From contig JAEUKM010000271.1 of assembly GCA_016793085.1 (NCBI GenBank), positions 1 through 51,662 of the forward strand: a stretch of DNA of 51,662 nt, in the 5' to 3' direction. Source of the DNA: Rhodospirillaceae bacterium. GTDB taxonomy: Bacteria > Pseudomonadota > Alphaproteobacteria > Rhodospirillales > Rhodospirillaceae. The translations under genes and the position numbers were made by a program. The notes beneath the pieces are model-generated. The model did not search any database and was not told the origin of the DNA. It saw only the letters and a program-made list of their open reading frames with translations. Positions 17,559 through 25,277 of this stretch are shown one piece after another; position 1 is the first letter of the stretch, and each line of letters starts with the position of its first letter.

Positions 17559-17748
17559 AATCCCCCGGGAATCCTTGCGATTCCCAATCCGGCCAGCGTG
17601 GCCTGACCTTGCAAAAACGCAGGTTTTCAGCGGGTTTGAGAGGCCCTTCTTTCGACTCGAACACGCCCGCCGGTTTGGTCGGCGTAGGGCTTTCGTGTAG
17701 AATTTTGCGTCAGGGCTTGCGGGCGTTCTTTCAGGGTTCGTTAGTTCG

Positions 17749-18267
17749 ATGCAGGGTTCGGGCGGTTCCCCCACCAAATCGGGGGTCACAGCGAAGGTGA
17801 AGTGGTTCAATCCGGCGAAAGGTTTCGGTTTCGTTGCGCCGACCGATGGCTCACCGGATGCCTTCCTGCATGTCTCGGTCGTTCAGCGCGCCGGACTGCG
17901 CACCTTGCGCCAGGGCGCGACACTGATCTGCGATCTGGGCGACGGCCCGCGCGGCCTTCAGGTTTCCAGCATCGAACGGGTCGATGAAAGCTCGGTAGTC
18001 GACGACGCGCCGCCCGCCGACGGCAACGAAAGCATCGTTGAAGGCGAAATCAAGTTCTTCGCGCCCGATAAGGGTTACGGCTTCGGCGTGCCCACGGGCG
18101 GCGGGGCCGATGTGTTCATCGGCATCGGCGCCCTGCAACGCTCCAACCTCGATCGTTTGGAATCGGGCCAGAAGGTGCGCATGCACGTGCAGCCCGGCAA
18201 GCGCGGGCCCATGGCCACGCGCATAGAAGTGCTGTCGGGCCCGCCGTCGAAAGACGGCAATCGTTAA
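17749..18267 (+). CDS. cold-shock protein with two cold-shock domains
   Basis: Two CSD cores: KVKWFNPAKGFGFVAP...DAFLH and EIKFFAPDKGYGFGVP...DVFI. Start codon uncertain (weak RBS). Confidence 0.85.
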   Translation: MQGSGGSPTKSGVTAKVKWFNPAKGFGFVAPTDGSPDAFLHVSVVQRAGLRTLRQGATLICDLGDGPRGLQVSSIERVDESSVVDDAPPADGNESIVEGEIKFFAPDKGYGFGVPTGGGADVFIGIGALQRSNLDRLESGQKVRMHVQPGKRGPMATRIEVLSGPPSKDGNR

Positions 18268-18355
18268 AGCTCCGTCGAAGGACGGCAATCGTTAAAGCTC
18301 CGTCGAAGGACGGCAATCGTTAAAGCTCCGTCGAAAGACGGCAACTGCTAAAATT
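18244..18355. repeat. tandem repeat, 4 x 28 bp, each unit carrying a CCGTC-GAAR-GACGG hairpin
   Basis: Units at 18244-18271, 18272-18299, 18300-18327 and 18328-18355 (the last unit has a diverged tail). Unit 1 contains the last 7 codons and the TAA of the cold-shock gene. The array fills the convergent gap to the MFS gene (stop at 18368). Confidence 0.9.
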
Positions 18356-18367
18356 ATCCACTGAAAT

Positions 18368-19564
18368 TTAAGCCGCTGTCGGCTTGGCTTTGCGCAAGCC
18401 CAGCATGGCGATGCCCGCCAGCGCCAACGGTGCCGCGATGATGGCGTTCACCGCCGTCCAGCCCAGGGTGTGCTGCAACGCGCCCGAGGCGAACGTGGCG
18501 ACAGCAATTGCGGCAAAGACCAGGGTGTCGTTGAGCGCCTGGGCGGTGTCGCGTTCTTCGGGCGTATAGCACTCGGTCAACAAGCTGGTGGCGCCTACGT
18601 ACATGAAGTTCCAGCCTAGCCCCAATGCTACCAGCCCCACCCAGAAATTCTCAAGCGCCGTACCGCTGATGTTGGCGGCCATACACACGGCATTGAGCAT
18701 AAATCCGATAACGATGATGCGCGCGGTGCCGAGACGCTGGATCAGGGCCCCGGTGAAGAAGCTTGGCGCGAACATGGCCAGCAGATGCCACTCGATCACG
18801 AAGGCGGCGTCGTTGAAGTCCAGGCCGCAATCGGCCATGGACAGAGGTGTCGCCGCCATGACCAGCACCATGACGCCGTAGCTGGCCATACCGGAGGCAG
18901 CGGCCGCAAGGTACTTGGGATCACGCAACAGCTGCCGCCAGGTGCGTCCGCCTCTGTGCGCGGGCACTGCGGGCGCGCCGGGCAGGCGCCCGAATTGCAA
19001 CAGGACGATATTAACTGCGCACAAGACGGCGATGGCGGCATAGCACCCGGCGAACAGCACGGGCGCAAACATGTCGCGCGTGAGCTTGGCCAGCTCCGGC
19101 CCGGCGAAGGCCGCCAACACGCCGCCCGCCATGACCAGCGAGATGGCGCGGGATTTGAACGATGCATCTGCCGCTTCGGCGGCGGCAAAGCGGTAGTAGC
19201 CCCAGAAGGCGTTGTGCACGCCCAAGACCACGCCGGCGGCCAGGAAGAGGCCAAAGGACTGTTGCAGCAGGGCATAGACCGAGAACACCGCGCCCAGACC
19301 GCCGATGACCTGGCCCAGGGTGAAGCCCGCACGCCGCCCGACCTTACGCATCAGCATGGCGGCGGGGTAGGTAGACAGCATTGTAGCGATGAACTGGGCC
19401 GCCAGGGGGGCCGTCGCCAATGCCGCGTTTTCCGTCAGATACGCCCCGGCCAGACCCGTCGTCAGCGTGACGATGGAGACCCCGGTCATGGCCAAGGCTT
19501 GAGCCAGCGACAGAATGCCGACGGTGAGCCGGCCCTGGGGCGGAAGAGTTACGGCTGCGGTCAT
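18368..19564 (-). CDS. MFS transporter
   Basis: 398 aa, about 12 TM segments, with an MFS loop motif MRKVGRRAGF between TM2 and TM3. Confidence 0.9.
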   Translation of the reverse strand: MTAAVTLPPQGRLTVGILSLAQALAMTGVSIVTLTTGLAGAYLTENAALATAPLAAQFIATMLSTYPAAMLMRKVGRRAGFTLGQVIGGLGAVFSVYALLQQSFGLFLAAGVVLGVHNAFWGYYRFAAAEAADASFKSRAISLVMAGGVLAAFAGPELAKLTRDMFAPVLFAGCYAAIAVLCAVNIVLLQFGRLPGAPAVPAHRGGRTWRQLLRDPKYLAAAASGMASYGVMVLVMAATPLSMADCGLDFNDAAFVIEWHLLAMFAPSFFTGALIQRLGTARIIVIGFMLNAVCMAANISGTALENFWVGLVALGLGWNFMYVGATSLLTECYTPEERDTAQALNDTLVFAAIAVATFASGALQHTLGWTAVNAIIAAPLALAGIAMLGLRKAKPTAA

Positions 19565-19914
19565 GGTGGGGTGGCCGCTGGCTTTTCAGGCGTGGGCTTT
19601 GCGGGGACGGGCTTTTGGGTCGCAGGCTTTTGAGCAGCAGGAGGGCGCTGATACAGCCCCACGGGCACGACACCCTTGGTATCGGAGGGGGCGGGGACGC
19701 AATCCTGGCGGCCGTCCTTCAGGGTCACCAGCACATAACCGTTGGGGCAGGTGTAGGGCTGGGCCACGGGCATGGCGTTGTACATTTTCAGCACGTCGTT
19801 GAAGGCCGCAACGCCGCGGAAAATCAGGAAGGTGACCCCCGCCGTGACGGCGACAGCCAAAAGGTTGCGTGTCCACCGGGATGACAAAATGTAGGTGAAA
19901 AGGGGGTTGGACAT
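19561..19914 (-). CDS. hypothetical membrane-anchored protein with a Pro/Lys/Ala-rich tail
   Basis: 117 aa, one TM segment (LLAVAVTAGVTFLIF), two Cys, and the tail PPAAQKPATQKPVPAKPTPEKPAATPP. Its stop overlaps the MFS start (ATGA at 19561-19564). Confidence 0.55.
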   Translation of the reverse strand: MSNPLFTYILSSRWTRNLLAVAVTAGVTFLIFRGVAAFNDVLKMYNAMPVAQPYTCPNGYVLVTLKDGRQDCVPAPSDTKGVVPVGLYQRPPAAQKPATQKPVPAKPTPEKPAATPP

Positions 19915-20101
19915 CGGCGCGTCTTTGAATCTGGGCGTGTATAGAGCACCGGGCCGGGGCAGGGCACAAGCCGGAAGCCTTACTGACCGGGCCCTCTTTC
20001 AATGTCGTCATGAACGGCGGAAGGCGACACGAAGCCCCGACCTTTTCAGGCGGCTCAAAAAAGATTAAGTAAGGGGTCAACCGCTGTTATCACCACTGCG
20101 A

Positions 20102-20524
20102 ATGCGCACTACAGCCTCTTCATCCCGCGACGCCACCGTACTGGACCGCCTGCGTGCCTCGGGCCTGCGCCCGACGCGCCAGCGCCTGGCCCTGGCCAAA
20201 TTGCTGTTCGCGCACGGGCCGCGCCACGTGACGGCGGAATCGCTGTTCAACGAGGCCAAGGCCAAGCGCGTCAACCTGTCGCTGGCCACGGTCTATAACG
20301 CCCTGCACGACTTCACGGAAAAGGGCCTGCTGCGGGAAATTTCCATCAAATCCGGGCAGTCGTACTTCGACACCAACACGGCCGACCACCACCATTTCTA
20401 TTTCGAGAAAACGGGTAAGCTGCAGGACGTGCCCCTGGAAAGTGTACGCATCACCAGCCTGCCGGAAACGCCCGAAGGCGAAACGGTCGAGCGCGTGGAC
20501 GTCGTCATCCGGCTGTCACGCTAG
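20102..20524 (+). CDS. irr: Fur-family iron response regulator Irr
   Basis: Fur-fold winged helix (LRPTRQRLALAKLL..., SLATVYNALHDFTEKGLL) plus the Irr-typical TNTADHHHFYFE triple-His motif. No N-terminal Cys-Pro heme regulatory motif is visible. Confidence 0.8.
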   Translation: MRTTASSSRDATVLDRLRASGLRPTRQRLALAKLLFAHGPRHVTAESLFNEAKAKRVNLSLATVYNALHDFTEKGLLREISIKSGQSYFDTNTADHHHFYFEKTGKLQDVPLESVRITSLPETPEGETVERVDVVIRLSR

Positions 20525-20526
20525 AA

Positions 20527-20570
20527 GCATTTTAGGGCGACGTGGGAACCGGTTCGCCCGCCCAAAATGC
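20527..20570 (+). repeat. hairpin element A with GTGGGAACCGGTT core
   Basis: GCATTTTAGGGCGAC-GTGGGAACCGGTT-CGCCCGCCCAAAATGC. Outer arms GCATTTT/AAAATGC and GGG/CCC, with an inner palindrome GAACCGGTTC. Starts 2 nt after the irr stop. A related copy lies at 23250-23297. Confidence 0.7.
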
Positions 20571-20606
20571 GGCCAACAAAAAAGCCTTTTCATTCCATTC
20601 CGCGAC

Positions 20607-20640
20607 TTGAGAATCATTCTCGGTTTAGAATTATTCTAGA
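20607..20640. promoter_or_regulatory. two abutting ICE-like (iron control element, Irr-box) palindromes
   Basis: 20624-20640 reads TTTAGAA-TTA-TTCTAGA, 13/14 against the Bradyrhizobium ICE consensus TTTAGAA-N3-TTCTAAA. 20607-20623 reads TTGAGAA-TCA-TTCTCGG and contains the perfect 13-bp palindrome GAGAATCATTCTC. A TTGACA -35-like hexamer follows at 20646-20651. Confidence 0.7.
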
Positions 20641-20790
20641 TTTCGTTGACACGGATTCTGTGCAGGAGTTAAGTCAGCGGCATCTGATCCGGCGCTTTCA
20701 GCGCAACGTACGCACCGGAGCAGCACAAGCAAATTTTCAGGCGCACGGCGGGCGCTCGCCGCGATGCCATCAGCACAGGAGGGACACCCC

Positions 20791-21210
20791 ATGGCGAATC
20801 TCAAAGGATCGAAGACCGAAGGCAACCTGAAGGCCGCGTTCGCGGGCGAAAGCCAGGCCAACCGCCGCTACCTGTACTTCGCGCAAAAAGCCGACGTGGA
20901 AGGCCACAACGATGTCTCGGCCCTGTTCCGCTCGACCGCGGAAGGCGAAACCGGCCACGCTTTCGGCCACCTGGAATATCTGGAAGTGGTGGGCGACCCG
21001 GCGACGGGCCACCCGATCGGCGAAACCAAGCTGAATCTGAAAGCCTCTGTGGCCGGTGAAACCCACGAGTACACCGACATGTACCCGGGCATGGCCAAGG
21101 CCGCCCGCGAGGAAGGCTTCGAGGAAATCGCCGACTGGTTCGAAACCCTCGCGAAGGCCGAGAAGTCGCACGCCGGACGTTTCCAAAAAGCTTTGGACTC
21201 GATGGGCTAA
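20791..21210 (+). CDS. rubrerythrin-family diiron protein (no rubredoxin domain)
   Basis: [31 protein letters not shown]...EGETGHA...[11 protein letters not shown]...AEKSHAGRF: two ExxH ferritin-like diiron half-sites. AGGAGG RBS 8 nt upstream of the ATG at 20791. Confidence 0.9.
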   Translation: MANLKGSKTEGNLKAAFAGESQANRRYLYFAQKADVEGHNDVSALFRSTAEGETGHAFGHLEYLEVVGDPATGHPIGETKLNLKASVAGETHEYTDMYPGMAKAAREEGFEEIADWFETLAKAEKSHAGRFQKALDSMG

Positions 21211-21225
21211 CCAGACTTTGCTTTG

Positions 21226-21267
21226 AACCGGCCGGTGCACTGATCCGCATCGGCCGGTTTTTCGTTT
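21226..21267 (+). terminator. intrinsic terminator/attenuator between rubrerythrin and the Fe-S protein gene
   Basis: 9-bp stem AACCGGCCG/CGGCCGGTT (21226-21234 / 21251-21259), 16-nt loop, then TTTTTCGTTT. Confidence 0.6.
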
Positions 21268-21312
21268 CTGATTTCCGAGCGGTACGTTTAAAGCGGAGAT
21301 GGAGAGAGCACC

Positions 21313-22641
21313 ATGCGTGAAGGAAGCCTGGAAGCCCCCACACGGCACGTTATCGACTGGACCAATCCGGACTACATCGACGAGACCAAACTGGACGCCG
21401 AGATGCGCCGCCAGTTCGACATCTGCCACGGCTGTCGCCGCTGCTTCAATCTCTGCGATTCCTTCCCGCGCCTGTTCGATCTGGTGGACGCCACCGGCGA
21501 CGATGAAGTTCACAACGTCAAAAGCTCCGATTTCAAATCGGTCGTGGACGCCTGCACGCTGTGCGACATGTGCTACATGACCAAATGCCCCTACGTGCCG
21601 CCGCACGAATTCAACATCGACTTTCCCCACCTGATGCTGCGCTACCGCGTCGCCGAGCGCGCGAAAAAGGGCACGCCCTTCTGGGACAAGGAACTGACCG
21701 AAACCGACCGCAACGGCGCGTTGGCTTCTTTTGTGCCGGGCCTGGCCAACTGGGCCTCGAAGCGCGGCAACGGCTTAACCCGCCCGCTGATGGAAAAAGT
21801 GGCGGGCGTGGCCAAGGACGTGGAGTTGCCCAAGTTCCACGGTAAGACGTTCCAGGCGTTGGCGAAGGCGAACCCGCCCGCGGTGAACGCCGATGCGCCC
21901 GCGAAAGCGCGCAAGGCTGTGATCTATGCCACGTGCTTTGCCAACTACAACAACCCCGAGATCGGCACCGCTGCATTATCCGTACTGGCCAAAAATGGCG
22001 TGAAGGCCGAGGTGGTATACCCGGCCTGCTGCGGCATGCCGCAGCTTGAGCAGGGCGACATCGCCCGCGTGGCCGAGAAGGCCAAGGAAATTTCCAAGGC
22101 CCTGCGTCCTTACATCGACGCGGGCAATGACGTCATCGCCCTGGTGCCGAGCTGCGCCCTGATGATGAAATCAGAGTGGCCGCTGATCGTGCCCGATGAT
22201 GAGAACGTGAAGGTGCTGGCGCGCGCCACCTACGACATTTCCGAATACATCGTCGATATCGCGACAAAAGAAGGCCTGGCCCCCGGCTTGCAGGCTGGCG
22301 CCAGCGTGGCCTTGCATTTCGCCTGCCATGCCCGCGCCCAGAACATGGGTGCCAAGGCCGCCGAGATGCTGAAGCTGATCCCCCAAGCTGATGTGGCGAT
22401 CATCGAGCGCTGCTCGGGCCACGGCGGATCGTGGGGTGTGAAGAAAGCCAACTTCGAGGTCGCCACCAAGTTCGCGCGCCAGACCGTGCGCAAGGCCGCT
22501 GACGCCAACAAAACATATCTCGCCTCGGAATGTCCGCTGGCGGGCAAGCATATCGCGCAAGGCTTGGGTACAGGTGAAAACGCGAAAAGCGTCGACCCGC
22601 TGCATCCCATCCAGATTTTCGCCAAAGCCTACGGGCTCTAA
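21313..22641 (+). CDS. heterodisulfide-reductase-related (Fe-S)-binding protein with CCG domains
   Basis: Two 4Fe-4S ferredoxin motifs (CHGCRRCFNLCDSFP and CTLCDMCYMTKCPYVPPH), followed by two Cys-rich CCG-type domains (ATCFANY...PACCGMP; FACHARAQ...CSGHGG). Confidence 0.9.
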   Translation: MREGSLEAPTRHVIDWTNPDYIDETKLDAEMRRQFDICHGCRRCFNLCDSFPRLFDLVDATGDDEVHNVKSSDFKSVVDACTLCDMCYMTKCPYVPPHEFNIDFPHLMLRYRVAERAKKGTPFWDKELTETDRNGALASFVPGLANWASKRGNGLTRPLMEKVAGVAKDVELPKFHGKTFQALAKANPPAVNADAPAKARKAVIYATCFANYNNPEIGTAALSVLAKNGVKAEVVYPACCGMPQLEQGDIARVAEKAKEISKALRPYIDAGNDVIALVPSCALMMKSEWPLIVPDDENVKVLARATYDISEYIVDIATKEGLAPGLQAGASVALHFACHARAQNMGAKAAEMLKLIPQADVAIIERCSGHGGSWGVKKANFEVATKFARQTVRKAADANKTYLASECPLAGKHIAQGLGTGENAKSVDPLHPIQIFAKAYGL

Positions 22642-22661
22642 ATATTCGGACCCTAATAAAT

Positions 22662-23249
22662 ATGCCCCAACGCCGCATTACGCCTGCCGACATCATGCCC
22701 ATGGCCGAGTATGGGAAGATCAGGCACGAGCACCGCCGCAAACTGGTGCAGGTGAAGAAGAACCGCCGCCTTGAAGTGGGGCCCTTTTGTACCTTCCTGT
22801 TCGAGAGCTACGACACCATGTGGGCGCAAGTCCACGAGATGCTGTACATCGAGAAGGGCGGCGATGGGCAGTTGGACGGCGAACTGGAGGCCTACAACCC
22901 GCTGATCCCGCAAGGGCGCGAGGTGGTAGCCACCATGCTGATCCAGATCGAGGACGAGATTAAGCGCGCGCGTATTCTGGCCACCTTGGGCCACATCGAG
23001 GACATGATCGCGCTGACGTTCGCGGGTGAAACCGTGAAGGCCGTGCCCGAGGACGACACCGAACGCACCACCGCCGAAGGCAAGACCTCGTCGGTGCATT
23101 TCCTGCACTTCCCCATGACAGCGGACCAGGCCGCGAAATTCAAAGCCCCCGGCACGCAGGTGCTACTGGGCATTTCGCATGCCAACTACGGGCACATCGC
23201 GGTGATGCCCGAAGCCGTGCGCGCCGAACTGGCGAAAGATTTGGATTGA
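22662..23249 (+). CDS. DUF3501 family protein
   Basis: 195 aa. Position directly after a rubrerythrin and CCG Fe-S protein pair, and sequence (RRKLVQVKKNRRLEVGPFCTFLFESYDTMW.QVHEML) consistent with DUF3501 as I recall it. Confidence 0.75.
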   Translation: MPQRRITPADIMPMAEYGKIRHEHRRKLVQVKKNRRLEVGPFCTFLFESYDTMWAQVHEMLYIEKGGDGQLDGELEAYNPLIPQGREVVATMLIQIEDEIKRARILATLGHIEDMIALTFAGETVKAVPEDDTERTTAEGKTSSVHFLHFPMTADQAAKFKAPGTQVLLGISHANYGHIAVMPEAVRAELAKDLD

Positions 23250-23297
23250 GGCGTATTTTCCCGACAAGTGGGAACCGGTTGGCGTGGAAAATACGCC
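23250..23297 (+). repeat. hairpin element B with GTGGGAACCGGTT core
   Basis: GGCGTATTTTCC-CGACAA-GTGGGAACCGGTT-GGCGT-GGAAAATACGCC. 12-bp outer stem and the same 13-nt core as element A in the same orientation. Starts immediately after the DUF3501 stop. Confidence 0.7.
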
Positions 23298-23327
23298 AAA
23301 TAAAAAACTACTACGCCAAACTCGACA

Positions 23328-24020
23328 TCACTCGATGATTTCCTGGGCGTAGACGCCCCAGAACTGATCGCGCTTCAGCCAACCTTGCAGGCCGCTGACT
23401 TCGACGCGGCAGAAGACGCCATCCGGACAGCGCACCACGTCCACCAGCACGCCGGGTTCCAGCATCGCGAGCGTTTCGGCCGCATCGGTGTTGGTCTTGC
23501 GCAAGGGTTGCGCCTGGCCCTTCACCATGCCGGTACGCCGCCCGCTGACCATGCTTTGATGGACCCAGCTTTCGGCGCCTTCGGAATCGCGAATCTGCCG
23601 CCAGGTTTCGAACTCGGCGACGATCTCCACCGGCAGGCGGCGGCGCATATACACCCAGTCCACCGGATAGCGCACGCCGGGGCCTGTGCGCGCGTTCACC
23701 GGCTCGGTGCGGAACGAGACAAAGCGCGGCAGGGGTAGGGCCGATTCCGGGGCGGCGGCCTCGGGCGCATCGGCGGCGCCGGGCTTGGCTACATCCGGTT
23801 TTTTATCGGTCGGTTTTGCGTCAGCGGGTTTGGCGGTATCCGTCTTGGGCGCCTTAGACGCCTTGGCGGCATCCGGTTTTGCAGAGGCGGGCTTGGACGC
23901 CTCGGATTTAGGAGCCGGCTGCTGGCCGTATGCCGGCGCACCTATTCCCGACAGGGCCATCCATGTCACGCCCAGCGCAACCAGCCCCCCGATCAAAATG
24001 CGCGACCTTGCCTGCACCAC
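23328..24020 (-). CDS. SH3-like domain protein, secreted (COG3807-like)
   Basis: Signal-like ARSRILIGGLVALGVTWMALSGIGAPAYG, a low-complexity K/P/A/D linker, and a C-terminal bacterial SH3-like region (PLPRFVS.R...VN.R.GPG..YPV.WVY..R.LPVE...E...WR.I.D..G..GW). Start is uncertain (GTG at 24018-24020 or 24015-24017). The track's 24143 start adds an unlikely extension. Confidence 0.65.
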   Translation of the reverse strand: MVQARSRILIGGLVALGVTWMALSGIGAPAYGQQPAPKSEASKPASAKPDAAKASKAPKTDTAKPADAKPTDKKPDVAKPGAADAPEAAAPESALPLPRFVSFRTEPVNARTGPGVRYPVDWVYMRRRLPVEIVAEFETWRQIRDSEGAESWVHQSMVSGRRTGMVKGQAQPLRKTNTDAAETLAMLEPGVLVDVVRCPDGVFCRVEVSGLQGWLKRDQFWGVYAQEIIE

Positions 24021-24232
24021 GCCGCCTTCCCATGAACGATGCGCCTTTATGGCCTGGGAACGGGGCGCTTGGCAACGCACTGCACAAACGCCAGCAACAA
24101 CTGCATACCAGGGCCGCGCGCCGGTGGGGCCAGGGGGCATCAAGCAGGTTGCACACGTTGCGTGACGACTTTACACATGGGGCTGAATTTATTGTCCTTC
24201 CCCATATCCGGCTGTTCCCGGCGGTTGCCACA

Positions 24233-25228
24233 GTGCCTCAACCTCTCAAATCCAAACCACTGGTTGTTGTGACGCGCAAGCTGCCGGAAGCCGTCGAAAC
24301 CCGGATGATGGAATTGTTCGACGTGCGGCTGAACGCCGACGATCACCCCTTCACCGCCGAGGAACTGGCCAGCGCGATCAAAACCGCCGACGTGCTGGTG
24401 CCCAACCTGACCGATACGATTGACGCCGGCCTGCTCGCCCAGGCCGGGCCCAAGTTCAAGCTGATCGCCAACTTCGGCAACGGCGTGGACCATATCGATG
24501 TCGCCGCCGCCCACAAACGGGGCATCAGCGTCACCAACACGCCTGATGTTCTGACCGAAGACACCGCCGACATGGCCATGGCCCTGATCGTGGCCGTGCC
24601 CCGGCGCATCGTCGAGGGTGCGCGTATGATCCGCGAGGGGCGCTTCAAGGGCTGGAGCCCCACCCACATGCTGGGTCATCGGCTGTGGGGCAAGCGGTTG
24701 GGCATCATCGGCATGGGCCGTATCGGCACGGCGGTGGCGCGACGCGCGCGCGGTTTCGGCATGGCGGTGCACTACCACAACCGCCGCCGCCTGCACCCGG
24801 ATATCGAGGCCGAGGTGGAAGCCACCTACTGGGAAAGCCTGGACCAAATGCTGGCCCGCGTGGATGTGATCTCCATTCACTGCCCGCATACGCCCGCGAC
24901 GTTCCATTTGCTGACCGAGCGCCGACTGAAGCTGTTGAAGCCCACGGCCTATATCGTCAATACCGCGCGCGGCGAGGTGCTGGACGAGAAGGCGCTGATC
25001 GAGATGCTGGAGAATAAACAACTGGCGGGCGCGGGCCTGGACGTGTTCGAGCACGACCCGGCGGTGAACCCGAAACTTCTGGGCATGGATAATGTGGTGC
25101 TGCTGCCGCACATGGGCTCGGCCACGTTCGAAAGCCGCGTGAACATGGGTGAGAAGGTGATCATCAATATCCGCGCGTACACGGACGGCCATGCGCTGCC
25201 CGACCGCGTGCTGCCCACCCAAGGCTGA
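24233..25228 (+). CDS. D-isomer-specific 2-hydroxyacid dehydrogenase (glyoxylate/hydroxypyruvate reductase-like)
   Basis: KPLVVVTRKLPEAVE..., NAD-binding GIIGMGRIGTAVARRA, and catalytic region NTARG...D..AL...L......AGLDVFE.EP...LPHMGSAT. I chose the in-frame GTG at 24233. The track's 23930 start overlaps the divergent gene region. Confidence 0.88.
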   Translation: MPQPLKSKPLVVVTRKLPEAVETRMMELFDVRLNADDHPFTAEELASAIKTADVLVPNLTDTIDAGLLAQAGPKFKLIANFGNGVDHIDVAAAHKRGISVTNTPDVLTEDTADMAMALIVAVPRRIVEGARMIREGRFKGWSPTHMLGHRLWGKRLGIIGMGRIGTAVARRARGFGMAVHYHNRRRLHPDIEAEVEATYWESLDQMLARVDVISIHCPHTPATFHLLTERRLKLLKPTAYIVNTARGEVLDEKALIEMLENKQLAGAGLDVFEHDPAVNPKLLGMDNVVLLPHMGSATFESRVNMGEKVIINIRAYTDGHALPDRVLPTQG

Positions 25229-25277
25229 GACAATTTCCCGGCCACCACGGCCCCAAAGGACTGAACGAGGGCGCGCC

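Noticed and set aside
17559-17748. Possible thermosensing 5' UTR or sRNA upstream of the cold-shock gene
   Set aside because: I saw only a short hairpin after the glpK stop (GGGAATC-CTTGC-GATTCCC) and no convincing conserved structure or promoter. Long csp leaders are expected, and nothing specific can be supported from the sequence alone.
18244-18355. Possible CRISPR array, given 28-bp repeats with an internal palindrome
   Set aside because: The units are directly contiguous with no spacers. There are only four copies and no cas genes, and the first unit is part of a coding sequence. It is a plain tandem repeat.
20770-21630. 286-aa minus-strand ORF spanning the rubrerythrin gene, its terminator and the start of the Fe-S gene
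   Set aside because: It crosses an obvious intergenic terminator and two well-supported plus-strand genes, and has no motifs.
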